From an uncultured Dongia sp. (GTDB taxonomy: Bacteria; Pseudomonadota; Alphaproteobacteria; Dongiales; Dongiaceae), in assembly GCA_964618305.1 (NCBI GenBank), contig CAZUAL010000002.1, forward strand, positions 1 through 41,810: 41,810 bases of DNA, written 5' to 3'. The position numbers and the translations under genes are program-made. Below are positions 26,856-36,019 of the stretch, piece after piece. The notes beneath the pieces are model-generated. The model saw only the letters and a program-made list of their open reading frames with translations, was not told where the DNA came from and made no database searches. Position 1 is the first letter of the stretch. Each line of letters begins with the position of its first letter.

Positions 26856-28059
26856 AGCGGCCACGCGCTTGCGCGAACTGGGCGCCCTGGCGCCAGATGG
26901 GGATTTCGAGCTGGAGCCCACCGGGCATGGGCCACTCGACGGCCTGACCTTCGCCATCAAAGACCTGTTCGACGTTGCCGGGCGGGTGACCGGCGCCGGC
27001 AATCCGGATTGGCGGCGGACGCACGCGCCCGCATCGCGCCATGCCGTTGTCGTCGAGAAATTGCTCGCGGCCGGCGCGCACGCCATTGGCCGGACCATCA
27101 CCGACGAAATGGCCTTCAGCCTCAACGGGCAGAATTACCACTATGGCACCCCGCGCAACTCGGCGGCGCCGGACCGCATACCCGGCGGCTCCTCGGCGGG
27201 TTCGGCCGCGGCGGTTGCCGGCGGCGCCTGCGACTTCGCGCTCGGCACGGATACCGGTGGCTCGGTCCGCATTCCGGCGGCGCTCAACGGCATTTTCGGG
27301 ATCAGGCCCAGCCACGGCGCCGTCGACATGGCGGGCGTCATTCCCTTGGCCAGGAGCCACGACACGATCGGCTGGTTCACGCGCGGCGCCGCCTTGCTGG
27401 AAGCGGTTGGCGATGTGCTGCTTCCGGCGGATTCCGGCGAGGCACCTTCCTTCGGCGAAGTCTATGTCGCCCGCGATGCCTGGGCGCTCGCCGATGCCGC
27501 CATTGCTGCCGCCCTGGCGCCGGCCCGCGATGGCATTGTGAAGGCCGTCGGCCCCGCCATCGACATGACACTGGCGGCCGATTGCGGCGGGCTTTCCGCC
27601 TGGCGGATGGCCTTCCGCTTTCTGCAGATGCGCGAGATCTGGGCCGAACACGGCGCATGGATCGAACGCGAGAATCCGCAATTCGGGCCGGAGATCGCCG
27701 AGCGCTTCGCCATGTCGCGGGAGGCGGCGGCAAAGACGGATACGGGCGAGGCCGATTTGCGCCGCCTGATCACCCGGCGCCTGGATGACATGCTGGCCGA
27801 GGGCGGCATCCTGCTCATCCCGACCGCGGCCGACATAGCGCCCCTCAAATCCATGAGCGCTTCTGATTCCGCGGGCTTCCGTGACCGGACGCTGAGTCTC
27901 ACCTGCATTGCCGGTCTGGCGCGGCTGCCGCAGGTCACCTTGCCGGTGGCGCGGGTGGATGGGGCCCCGGTCGGTATCTCGCTCATCGCCCGCCACGGGC
28001 GCGACCGGGCACTCATTGCCTTGGCGCGCCGTCTCGAAGCGCTGGTCGCGGGTGCATAA
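26824..28059 (+). CDS. Amidase signature family protein
   Basis: AIKDLFDVAG, PGGSSAGSAAAVA and ALGTDTGGSVRIPAA (Lys-cisSer-Ser triad). Confidence 0.93.
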   Translation: MTNQATAPRLEAATRLRELGALAPDGDFELEPTGHGPLDGLTFAIKDLFDVAGRVTGAGNPDWRRTHAPASRHAVVVEKLLAAGAHAIGRTITDEMAFSLNGQNYHYGTPRNSAAPDRIPGGSSAGSAAAVAGGACDFALGTDTGGSVRIPAALNGIFGIRPSHGAVDMAGVIPLARSHDTIGWFTRGAALLEAVGDVLLPADSGEAPSFGEVYVARDAWALADAAIAAALAPARDGIVKAVGPAIDMTLAADCGGLSAWRMAFRFLQMREIWAEHGAWIERENPQFGPEIAERFAMSREAAAKTDTGEADLRRLITRRLDDMLAEGGILLIPTAADIAPLKSMSASDSAGFRDRTLSLTCIAGLARLPQVTLPVARVDGAPVGISLIARHGRDRALIALARRLEALVAGA

Positions 28060-28075
28060 AAAAACTTTGGTGCGC

Positions 28076-28102
28076 TGTCGAAATCGGACCTGCCGGCCCG
28101 TC
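28076..28102 (+). promoter_or_regulatory. ECF42-type promoter
   Basis: TGTCGA-N17-CGTC upstream of the DGPF/YCII gene, matching the recalled ECF42 -35/-10 consensus. Confidence 0.7.
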
Positions 28103-28163
28103 TATCGGGGTGAAGGGCAGGCAATGGGCCGGTCCCTGGCGGCCCGAAGGAGGGGCTAAACCG

Positions 28164-28517
28164 ATGAAATACATGCTGATGGTCTATGAAAACGAGGCCC
28201 AATACGGCGATCGTCGTCCCGATCCCGAGGTCCTGAAGCGCCACATGGCGTTCCAGCAGGAGATCAAGGCGCACCATGTCGGCGGTGCCGGCCTCAACGG
28301 CGTTGCCACGGCGACGACGATCCGGACCGAGGGCGGCAAGCAGCTTGTCCATGACGGTCCGTTCGCCGAGACCAAGGAGCAACTCGGCGGCTTCTATCTC
28401 ATCGACGTGCCCGATCTCGACGCGGCGATCGCCATCGCCAAGAAGCTGCCGCTCCTCAAGGACGGCGCGGTTGAGATCCGGCCGCTGCTGACGGCGGATG
28501 CCAAGCCGCTCGCTTGA
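28164..28517 (+). CDS. YCII-related DGPF protein
   Basis: MKYMLMVY, DGPFAETKEQLGGFYLID and GAVEIRP motifs; GGAGG RBS. Confidence 0.93.
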   Translation: MKYMLMVYENEAQYGDRRPDPEVLKRHMAFQQEIKAHHVGGAGLNGVATATTIRTEGGKQLVHDGPFAETKEQLGGFYLIDVPDLDAAIAIAKKLPLLKDGAVEIRPLLTADAKPLA

Positions 28518-29726
28518 CGCTGCGGTGCGCGGGGCGGGCGGCCGCATCATCGCCGCCCTCGCCGTGCGCTTCCGCAATCTCGACCTCGCCGAGGAGGCCT
28601 TCGCCGAGGCCAGCCTGCGCGCGGCCCGCCATTGGCCCGAGCGTGGTGTGCCGACCGATCCGGCCGCCTGGCTCTACCGGGTGGCGGAGCGTTGCCTCCT
28701 CGACGCCTTGCGCAAGCGCCGGCCCGAGACGGCGGATGCGCCCGACTTGGCCGACCCGGCACCCAATGCCGAAGAAATGCTCACGGATGATCGCATGCTC
28801 ATTCCCGACGAGAGGCTGCGCCTCATCTTCATCTGCTGCCATCCGGCGGTGGCGGTCGAAGCCCGCGCGGCGCTGACCTTGAAGCTCGTCTGCGGCCTGG
28901 CGACCGCGTCGATCGCGCGTGCCTTCCTGGTGAGCGAGCCGACGCTGGCGCAGCGCCTGGTGCGCGCCAAGCGCAAGATCGCCGAAGCCGGCGTTCCTTC
29001 GAACTGCCGGCTCCCGATTTCTGGCCGGAACGGCTCGATGCCGTGCTCACCACGTTGGAAATCGCCTATTCGAAGGCGCATGAGGACGCAGCCGGTGCCG
29101 GCCCGCATGCTGGTTTCGCCGCGGAGATGCTGGAACTGACCGGGCTTCTCGCGGCGCTTCTCCCGCGCGAGCCGGATGTGCTGGCGCTTGCCGCCACCAT
29201 CCGCTTTGCCGAGGCAAGAAGACCGGCGCGGTTGGCCGATGACGGTGCCGTGGTCCCGCTTGCCGATCAGGACCCGAACGACTGGCACCGTCCCCTGATC
29301 GACGAAGCCCGCCGCTATCTGGCGCGGACCGAGGCGGTGGCGCCCAGCCAGCGGGTCCTGCAGGCGCAGATTCATGGCTTGTGGTGCGCGCGGCGCAGCC
29401 TTGCCGAACCAGCGCCCTGGCCGCAGGTGCTGCTGGCTTATGACGCGCTCCTGGACCTGCGCGACGATGCGATCGTCCGGCTGAACAGAGCGGTGGCGTT
29501 GGCCGAGGTTGCGGGCGCCGAGGCGGCGCTGGCCGAGACGGACCGGCTCGACAGTGCGGCCCTCGCGCAGTTCCCGCCTTTTCATGCCGTGCGCGCGGAT
29601 CTGCTGCGCCGGCTCGGCCGCGCGAAGGAGGCGCGGGCCGCCTACGATGCCGCCTTGTTGCTGGGTCCAGGCCCGGCGGAGCGGTTATGGCTCAGCCGGC
29701 GCCGGGATGAGCTTCAGCTGTCGTAG
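28498..29726 (+). pseudogene. ECF42-group sigma factor with C-terminal TPR extension, split by a 1-nt frameshift near 28996-28999
   Basis: First frame: DLAEEAFAEA, IPDERLRLIFICCHPA, TLAQRLVRAKRKI. Adding one base at gtt-cc-ttc restores AGVPFELPAPDFWPERLDAVLTTLE, which continues into IVRLNRAVAL and FHAVRADLLRRLGR. May be a sequencing error. Confidence 0.85.
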
Positions 29727-30229
29727 GCGAGCAGGCTGTGGACCGGGATGTCGAACCGGTTGCGGCCACCGAGGAAGGTGAGCTCGATCAGGCACCCGAT
29801 CGCCACCACGTCGCCGCCGACTTTCCGAAGCAGGGTGACGGCCGCATCCATGGTGCCGCCGGTCGCCAGCAGATCGTCGAGCACGATGACGCGCTGGCCC
29901 GGCTTGATGGCATCGGCCTGAATTTCGATGATGTCTTGGCCGTATTCCAGATCATAGGCATGGCGGATCGTCTCGCCGGGGAGCTTGCCGCGCTTCCGAA
30001 CCATGACGAAGCCGGTTCCCAGCCGGTCGGCCAAGGGTGCCGCCACCAGGAAGCCGCGGGATTCGATCCCCACCAGCACATCCGGCTTGTAGGCGCCGAG
30101 GATGCCGGTCAGCCGGTCGAGCGCCTCGTGCCAGGCGCCGGCATGGGCGAGCAGGGTCGAGATGTCATAGAAAAGGATACCGGGTTTGGGAAAATCCGGA
30201 ACGTGGCGGATGTGCTGTTTGAGATCCAT
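29714..30229 (-). CDS. apt: Adenine phosphoribosyltransferase
   Basis: [32 protein letters not shown] and [11 protein letters not shown] motifs. Confidence 0.97.
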   Translation of the reverse strand: MDLKQHIRHVPDFPKPGILFYDISTLLAHAGAWHEALDRLTGILGAYKPDVLVGIESRGFLVAAPLADRLGTGFVMVRKRGKLPGETIRHAYDLEYGQDIIEIQADAIKPGQRVIVLDDLLATGGTMDAAVTLLRKVGGDVVAIGCLIELTFLGGRNRFDIPVHSLLAYDS

Positions 30230-30239
30230 CGGGCCCTAT

Positions 30240-30267
30240 GGCGTCTGTCGTGCGGCGTCTGTCGTGT
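30240..30267. repeat. 14-bp tandem duplication upstream of apt
   Basis: GGCGTCTGTCGTGC / GGCGTCTGTCGTGT. Confidence 0.7.
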
Positions 30268-30370
30268 GGCGGCTGGAAGCGGTAGCGGTTCGGCGGTGGA
30301 AAGGCACCTTCTTCTGGCTGTATAAGCCATGGACCCGGGCGGGGGAAGGCCAAAGCGGAAGGGGCAAAAC

Positions 30371-30877
30371 ATGCGGAAGTCGCAGCGTATGGACAAGATG
30401 GACGTGAAGATCCTGACCGCCCTGCAGGCGGCCGGGCGCATGAGCAATCTGGAACTCGCCGCCAAGGTGGGCCTCTCCGCCAGCCCCTGCCATACCCGCC
30501 TGCGCCAGCTCGAGAAGCAGAAGGTCATCCGCGGCTATCGGGCAGATATCGACTTGGCCAAGGTCGCCGACCATGTCGAGATCCTGAGCTTCGTGACCCT
30601 CCACAAGCACGGGCGCGCCCAGCAGGGGGCCTTCGAACAGCTGATCGACGAGACCCCGCAGGCCATCGCCTGCTATCAGATCTCGGGCAATTTCGACTAT
30701 ATCGTCCACTTCGTCTGCCGCTCCGTCGGCGAGTATGTGGAGATCCACCATGCCCTCATCGAGCAGGATCCGAACATCGCCTCGGTGACGACCAACGTCA
30801 TCATGTCGGAGACCAAGAAGTTCGCGGGCTACCCGTTGAAGGAACTCATCGACCCCGGCGAGCTCAAGATCGACTGA
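30371..30877 (+). CDS. Lrp/AsnC family transcriptional regulator
   Basis: MDKMDVKILTALQAAGRMSNLELAAKVGLSASPCHTRLRQLE and CYQISGNFDY. Confidence 0.93.
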   Translation: MRKSQRMDKMDVKILTALQAAGRMSNLELAAKVGLSASPCHTRLRQLEKQKVIRGYRADIDLAKVADHVEILSFVTLHKHGRAQQGAFEQLIDETPQAIACYQISGNFDYIVHFVCRSVGEYVEIHHALIEQDPNIASVTTNVIMSETKKFAGYPLKELIDPGELKID

Positions 30878-30884
30878 GGAATGC

Positions 30885-30929
30885 CTGGCTGGGGAAAGGC
30901 CAGCTGAGGAAAGGCTGGCTGGGGAAAAG
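30885..30929. repeat. Three tandem imperfect 15-bp repeats
   Basis: CTGGCTGGGGAAAGG / CCAGCTGAGGAAAGG / CTGGCTGGGGAAAAG. Confidence 0.75.
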
Positions 30930-31150
30930 CAGAAAATTCTTCGGGTGAGCGCCCCCTGGCTGCGCAGATATTCTGCCGGAGGCGCCATCAAAAACGACAA
31001 ATCCTGCTAAGCAAATCTTATCTATTTGCCCGCCATGATGGCATTCGCCGCGTGGGATTCGCCCTTCGGACAAGGGGTTTCCAACGCGGCGATTTCATTT
31101 TTCGGCTTTTTTCGGGGCGAGGGACCGCTCCCAGAAGGATGAAACGGTAG

Positions 31151-32404
31151 ATGAGCAAGATTGCGGCTTTGCGTGCGAAGAAGAAGGAAGTGAGCGCCCG
31201 TGACCTGACGACGGCCTCGCTGCGGGCCCAGCTGGCCCCGCAGGCGGTCATCGCCAATGACGCGGCGCCCCGGCCCGAACGCGCGCTGAAGTTCCTTGCC
31301 GAAGAAAAGCCGGCGACCCCTTGCCTCGTCGTGGATCTCGACGTGGTCGAACGCAAGTACGCCGATCTCCGCGCCGCTCTCCCGCAGGCCGAAATCTTCT
31401 ATGCCGTGAAGGCCAATCCCGCGCCGCAGGTCCTGGATCGCCTGGCCGCCGCCGGGTCGAGCTTCGACACGGCCTCGTCCGGCGAAATCCGGGCGGCCCT
31501 TGCCGCCGGTGCCACGCCCGACCGCATCTCCTTCGGCAACACCATCAAGAAGCCTGCCGACATCTGCTGGGCCTATGAGACGGGCGTGCGCCTCTTCGCC
31601 TTCGACGCGATCGAGGAATTGCGCAAGATCGCCGCCCACGCCCCGGGTTCGGAAGTCTATTGCCGCATCCTCGTCGAGGCGGAAGGGGCGCTGTGGCCCC
31701 TCAATCGCAAGTTCGGCTGCGTACCGGAGATGGCGACGGACCTGCTGATTGAAGCGCGCGAGCTCGGCCTGAAGCCCGCCGGCGTGTCCTTCCATGTCGG
31801 CTCGCAGCAGCTTGATCCCAGCCAATGGGACCGCGCCATCGCCAGCGCCAAGTCCGTCTTCGACGGCTGCGCCAAGGCGGGCGTCGTCCTCAACCTAATC
31901 GACCTTGGCGGCGGCTTCCCGGCCGAATATGCCCCGGGTGTTGCCGGGATCGACGCCTATGGCGCGGCGATCGCCGAGGCGCTGACGCACAATTTCGGCG
32001 CCGACTGGCCGCGCCTCATCATCGAGCCAGGCCGCTACATGGTGGCCGATGCCGGTATCATCGAGGCCGAGGTTTTGTTGGTCTCCCGCAAGTCGGAGTC
32101 AGAGGAACGCCGCTGGGTCTATCTCGACATCGGCCGCTTCGGCGGTCTGGCCGAAACCGAGGGCGAGGCGATCCGCTACCGGGTCGAGGCGCTGGACACG
32201 GTGGCGACGGCGACCGGCCCGGTGATCCTGGCTGGCCCCACCTGCGATTCGGCCGACATCCTCTATGACAAGGCGAATTACCGCCTACCCCTGGATCTCA
32301 AGGCCGGCGACAGGGTGCGCCTGCATTCGACCGGTGCCTATACGACGACCTATTCTGCCATCAATTTCAATGGCTTCGATCCGCTGAAGGCCTATTTCAT
32401 CTGA
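31151..32404 (+). CDS. Fold-type III PLP-dependent ornithine (or lysine) decarboxylase
   Basis: FYAVKANP (PLP Lys), FDTAS, KFG, SFHVGSQ, DLGGGFP, IEPGRY, AGPTCDSAD, GAYT and FNGF motifs. Confidence 0.93.
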   Translation: MSKIAALRAKKKEVSARDLTTASLRAQLAPQAVIANDAAPRPERALKFLAEEKPATPCLVVDLDVVERKYADLRAALPQAEIFYAVKANPAPQVLDRLAAAGSSFDTASSGEIRAALAAGATPDRISFGNTIKKPADICWAYETGVRLFAFDAIEELRKIAAHAPGSEVYCRILVEAEGALWPLNRKFGCVPEMATDLLIEARELGLKPAGVSFHVGSQQLDPSQWDRAIASAKSVFDGCAKAGVVLNLIDLGGGFPAEYAPGVAGIDAYGAAIAEALTHNFGADWPRLIIEPGRYMVADAGIIEAEVLLVSRKSESEERRWVYLDIGRFGGLAETEGEAIRYRVEALDTVATATGPVILAGPTCDSADILYDKANYRLPLDLKAGDRVRLHSTGAYTTTYSAINFNGFDPLKAYFI

Positions 32405-32478
32405 GCGTGATCCGGTTCAAACATTGCCGTGCCAAGGCGGGCTGCTAGACTGCAGCCCGTTTTGCATTTGAGGCACCT

Positions 32479-33606
32479 ATGAGCGACCCCGGCTGGGTCA
32501 AATTCAGCACCAGCGGCGGCATGGCCATCTGGTCATGCGGCGGGGCCTGGACCATCGACCACGCGGCGCGCCTGGGCGAGGCGCTGGCCATTCCGGCAGA
32601 AGCCAAGAGCAAGGCTGCCCTCATCGACCTCACGGCGATCGATCAGCTGGATACGTCCGGCGCCTGGCTCATCCGCCGCCATGGCAACGCCCTTGTCGCC
32701 GCCGGCTTCGCGGTGGAGACGCGGGAAGGCGATCCCGACCTGGCCGTGCTGCTGAAGCGTGTGGTCGAAACCCGCGATGTGCTGCCAGCGGAACCGCCTA
32801 AGCGCAATCTCAGCGACAAGATCGCCGAGGTGGGCGCCGCGACGGAGAGCATCCTCGTCGAAAGCCGCGACCTCGTCGCCTTCTTCGGCAGTTTGATGAG
32901 CGCCCTGGCACGGCTCAGCCTGCGGCCGTGGAAGCTGCGCTGGAACGCCATCTTCTCCCATCTTGAGCAGACCGGGCTCAACGCGCTGCCGATCGTCGGC
33001 ATGATCAACCTGCTGGTGGGCGTCGTGCTGGCCTTCCAGGGTGCCGATCAGCTGGCCCGTTTCGGCGCGCAGACCTTCACCATCAACATGCTGGGAATCT
33101 CCGTCCTGCGCGAGATGGCGGTACTGCTAACGGCGATCGTCGTTGCCGGCCGTTCCGGTTCCGCGTTCACGGCGCAGATCGGCACCATGCAGGTCAATGA
33201 GGAAGTCGACGCGCTGCGCACCATCGGTCTCGATCCAATGGATGTGCTGGTCGTGCCCCGCGTGCTGGCGCTGATGGTGGCTCTGCCGCTTCTCACCTTC
33301 TTTGCCGACATGATGGGCCTGCTCGGTGGCGGGCTTATGTGCGTGGCCCTGCTCGATATCAGCTTCGGCCAGTACTTAAGCCTTCTCAACCAGGCGATCT
33401 CGATCACCCACTTCTGGGTCGGTATCGTCAAGGCGCCGTTCTTCGCGGCGCTCATCGCCCTCGTCGGCTGTTTCGAAGGCTTGCGTGTTTCGGGCAGCGC
33501 CGAGAGCGTCGGGCGGCTCACCACGCGTTCCGTCGTCGAAGGGATCTTCCTGGTCATCATCGTCGATGCGCTCTTCTCGATCCTCTTCTCCTATCTGGGG
33601 GTATGA
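32479..33606 (+). CDS. mlaE: MlaE-family ABC permease with N-terminal STAS-like domain
   Basis: LDTSGAW (STAS), LREMAVLLTAIVVAGRSGSAFTAQIGTM..NEEVDAL and SVGRLTTRSVV motifs. Confidence 0.92.
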   Translation: MSDPGWVKFSTSGGMAIWSCGGAWTIDHAARLGEALAIPAEAKSKAALIDLTAIDQLDTSGAWLIRRHGNALVAAGFAVETREGDPDLAVLLKRVVETRDVLPAEPPKRNLSDKIAEVGAATESILVESRDLVAFFGSLMSALARLSLRPWKLRWNAIFSHLEQTGLNALPIVGMINLLVGVVLAFQGADQLARFGAQTFTINMLGISVLREMAVLLTAIVVAGRSGSAFTAQIGTMQVNEEVDALRTIGLDPMDVLVVPRVLALMVALPLLTFFADMMGLLGGGLMCVALLDISFGQYLSLLNQAISITHFWVGIVKAPFFAALIALVGCFEGLRVSGSAESVGRLTTRSVVEGIFLVIIVDALFSILFSYLGV

Positions 33607-33609
33607 GCG

Positions 33610-34401
33610 ATGGCGCGTGGGCCTGAAAACGTCATCTCGCTGCGCGGCATCGTCAACCGCTTCGGCGCGCAGGTGCTGCATGACGGGCTCGATCTCGATG
33701 TGCGGCGTGGCGAAGTGTTGGGCGTCGTCGGCGGCTCCGGCACCGGCAAGTCGGTCCTGATGCGCACCATCATCGGCCTCAACCGGCAGGCATCCGGCAC
33801 AATTACGGTCCTGGGCCAGCGCATGGACCAGATCAGCGATGCCGAGCGCACGAAGATTGAGGCGCGTTGGGGTGTCCTCTTCCAGAACGGTGCGCTCTTC
33901 AGCTCACTGACCGTCGCCGAGAATGTCGAAGCGCCGATGCGGGAGCATACCGATCTGCCGCCCCAGCTGATGGACGAGTTGGCGGCCCTCAAGATCCGCC
34001 TCTCCGGTCTGCCGGCAGAGGCGGGTGCGAAATATCCGTCGCAGCTTTCAGGCGGCATGAAAAAGCGCGCTGGCCTTGCGCGTGCCCTGGCGCTCGACCC
34101 GGACATCCTCTTCCTTGATGAGCCGACGGCGGGCCTCGATCCGATCGGTGCTGCCGAATTCGACCAGCTCATCCGCAATCTGCAGCGAAGTCTGGGGCTT
34201 ACGGTCGTCATGATCACCCATGACCTCGACTCTCTGGTGGCGATCTGCGATCGAATCGCTATCCTCATCGACCGGAAGATCCGGGTGGGCACGCTCGAGG
34301 AGCATCTCAAGGACGAGCATCCCTGGATCAAGGAATATTTCCACGGACCGCGCGCCCGCGCTGCCGGCATCGGCGGCGGATCGCAGCAAAGGATTGATTG
34401 A
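33610..34401 (+). CDS. mlaF: MlaF-family ABC ATP-binding protein
   Basis: GGSGTGKS, FQNGALFSSLTV, LSGGMKKRAGLARAL and FLDEPTAGLDP motifs. Confidence 0.93.
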   Translation: MARGPENVISLRGIVNRFGAQVLHDGLDLDVRRGEVLGVVGGSGTGKSVLMRTIIGLNRQASGTITVLGQRMDQISDAERTKIEARWGVLFQNGALFSSLTVAENVEAPMREHTDLPPQLMDELAALKIRLSGLPAEAGAKYPSQLSGGMKKRAGLARALALDPDILFLDEPTAGLDPIGAAEFDQLIRNLQRSLGLTVVMITHDLDSLVAICDRIAILIDRKIRVGTLEEHLKDEHPWIKEYFHGPRARAAGIGGGSQQRID

Positions 34402-34404
34402 ATC

Positions 34405-35343
34405 ATGGAGACGAGGGCTCGGCATCTGGCGGTTGGCAGCTTCGTTCTGCTGCTCCTCGCGGGCGTCTTCATCTTCGTCCTGTGGGCAGCCAAGTTCCAG
34501 GGGCGCGTTTCCTACGATCCTTATTTCGCGCGCTTCTCGGGCTCGGTCTCGCAGCTCCGGGTCGACAGCACGGTCAATTTTGGCGGCATTCCGGTGGGCC
34601 GCGTGACGGATGTGCGGATCGACCCCGAGGACAGCGCGCTCGCCCGCGTCGATTTCGAAGTGCGCGCCGGCACGCCGATCCGCGTCGATTCCCAGGCGAC
34701 GCTGGAACTGCAGAGCCTTGCCGGTGGTGTCGGCATGTCGGTGAGCCGCGGCTCTTCCGCGCAGGAACTGCTGCCGCCTGGCAGCGAAGTGCCGGCGGCC
34801 GCGTCGGCCCTAGAGCGTCTGACGCGCCAGGCGCCGGACCTCGTCGCCAAGATCGACCGCATCGCCAACAACCTCAACGCGATGCTGTCGCGTGAGAACC
34901 AGGAAGCGCTGACGGAAACACTCGGCAATCTTCGCGACCTCTCGAGAAACCTGAAGGATCAGACGCCGGCCATCAACACGCTGCTGGCGGATAGCGATCA
35001 GGCCGTCATGAGCGTCGTTCAGGCGGGCGACGAGTTCCGCAAGCTGGCGGCCGATCTCAACAAGACGCTCGGCCCCGCGGCGAAGGAAGCGCAGAAGGCC
35101 GTCGACGCTTTCGAAAAAATGGCGAAATCGTTCGAACAGACCTCCGACCAGATGAACGCCATGATCGCCGAGAACCGCGAGCCGCTGCGGCAATTCTCCG
35201 GCACCGCGCTTTACGAAGCCACCGACCTCATCGCCCAGCTGCGCGAGCTTGCCGCCTCGATGGCGCGGATCTCGCAAGAGCTGGAACGTGATCCGGCGCG
35301 CTTCTTCCTCTCCGATCGCAGCAAGGGTGTGCCCGCTCCATGA
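34405..35343 (+). CDS. mlaD: MlaD/MCE family protein
   Basis: METRA..AVG.FV N-terminal anchor, MCE domain (V.FGGIPVGRV), helical tail ending LERDPARFF. Confidence 0.9.
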   Translation: METRARHLAVGSFVLLLLAGVFIFVLWAAKFQGRVSYDPYFARFSGSVSQLRVDSTVNFGGIPVGRVTDVRIDPEDSALARVDFEVRAGTPIRVDSQATLELQSLAGGVGMSVSRGSSAQELLPPGSEVPAAASALERLTRQAPDLVAKIDRIANNLNAMLSRENQEALTETLGNLRDLSRNLKDQTPAINTLLADSDQAVMSVVQAGDEFRKLAADLNKTLGPAAKEAQKAVDAFEKMAKSFEQTSDQMNAMIAENREPLRQFSGTALYEATDLIAQLRELAASMARISQELERDPARFFLSDRSKGVPAP

Positions 35344-35987
35344 TCGAACCCATGAACCGAGACATGCATAGACAGTCGAGCCAGTTGATCAGCCGGCGCC
35401 TGCTGTTGCTGGGTGCCACCGCCTTCGTTGCTGGCTGCGGCATCGTCCCGGAAGTGAACACGCCGCTGACGCTCTATTCGCTGTCGCCGAAAGTGACTCC
35501 GGTGGCGGGCCCCTCGGCTTTGAACTGGCAGCTTGTCGTCGCCGAACCCAAGGCTGGCGCCGATCTTGCCACCAACCGCATCGCGCTCACGCGGGCTGCG
35601 AACCGGATCGAATATTTCGCCGACGGCGTCTGGTCCGACGCGGCACCGGCCCTGGTGCAGTCGAAGCTCATCGCCGCCTTCGAGGATGTGGTTCCGGAAC
35701 TGGCCGTGGGCCGCGATTCCGCTGGCTTGAAGCCTGACTACATCCTGCAATTGGAACTGCGCGACTTCGAAGCCGTCTATAGCGGCAGCAATGGCGAGGC
35801 CCTGGTGCGCCTCACCGCCAAGCTGGTGAAGATGCCGGAGCGCAAGATCGTCAAATCCGTTTCGGCGGAGGCGCGCCGTCCGTCCTCGGGCAGCGGGCTG
35901 CCCGGCATCGTCACCGCCTTCGAAGCGGCGCTCGGCGACGTCTTCAGCCAGCTCATCGCGGCTGTCCTGGCCGCGCCGCAATCCTGA
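35340..35987 (+). CDS. ABC-type transport auxiliary lipoprotein (PqiC-like)
   Basis: Lipobox VAGC, WSDAAPALVQ and LELRDFEA motifs; fourth gene of the MCE operon. Confidence 0.85.
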   Translation: MIEPMNRDMHRQSSQLISRRLLLLGATAFVAGCGIVPEVNTPLTLYSLSPKVTPVAGPSALNWQLVVAEPKAGADLATNRIALTRAANRIEYFADGVWSDAAPALVQSKLIAAFEDVVPELAVGRDSAGLKPDYILQLELRDFEAVYSGSNGEALVRLTAKLVKMPERKIVKSVSAEARRPSSGSGLPGIVTAFEAALGDVFSQLIAAVLAAPQS

Positions 35988-36019
35988 TCGACCTTCCTTC
36001 CAGAAAGCTGATTTCCATC

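Noticed and set aside
30885-30929. Tandem repeats as a CRISPR array
   Set aside because: The units are 15 bp and contiguous, with no spacers and no cas genes.
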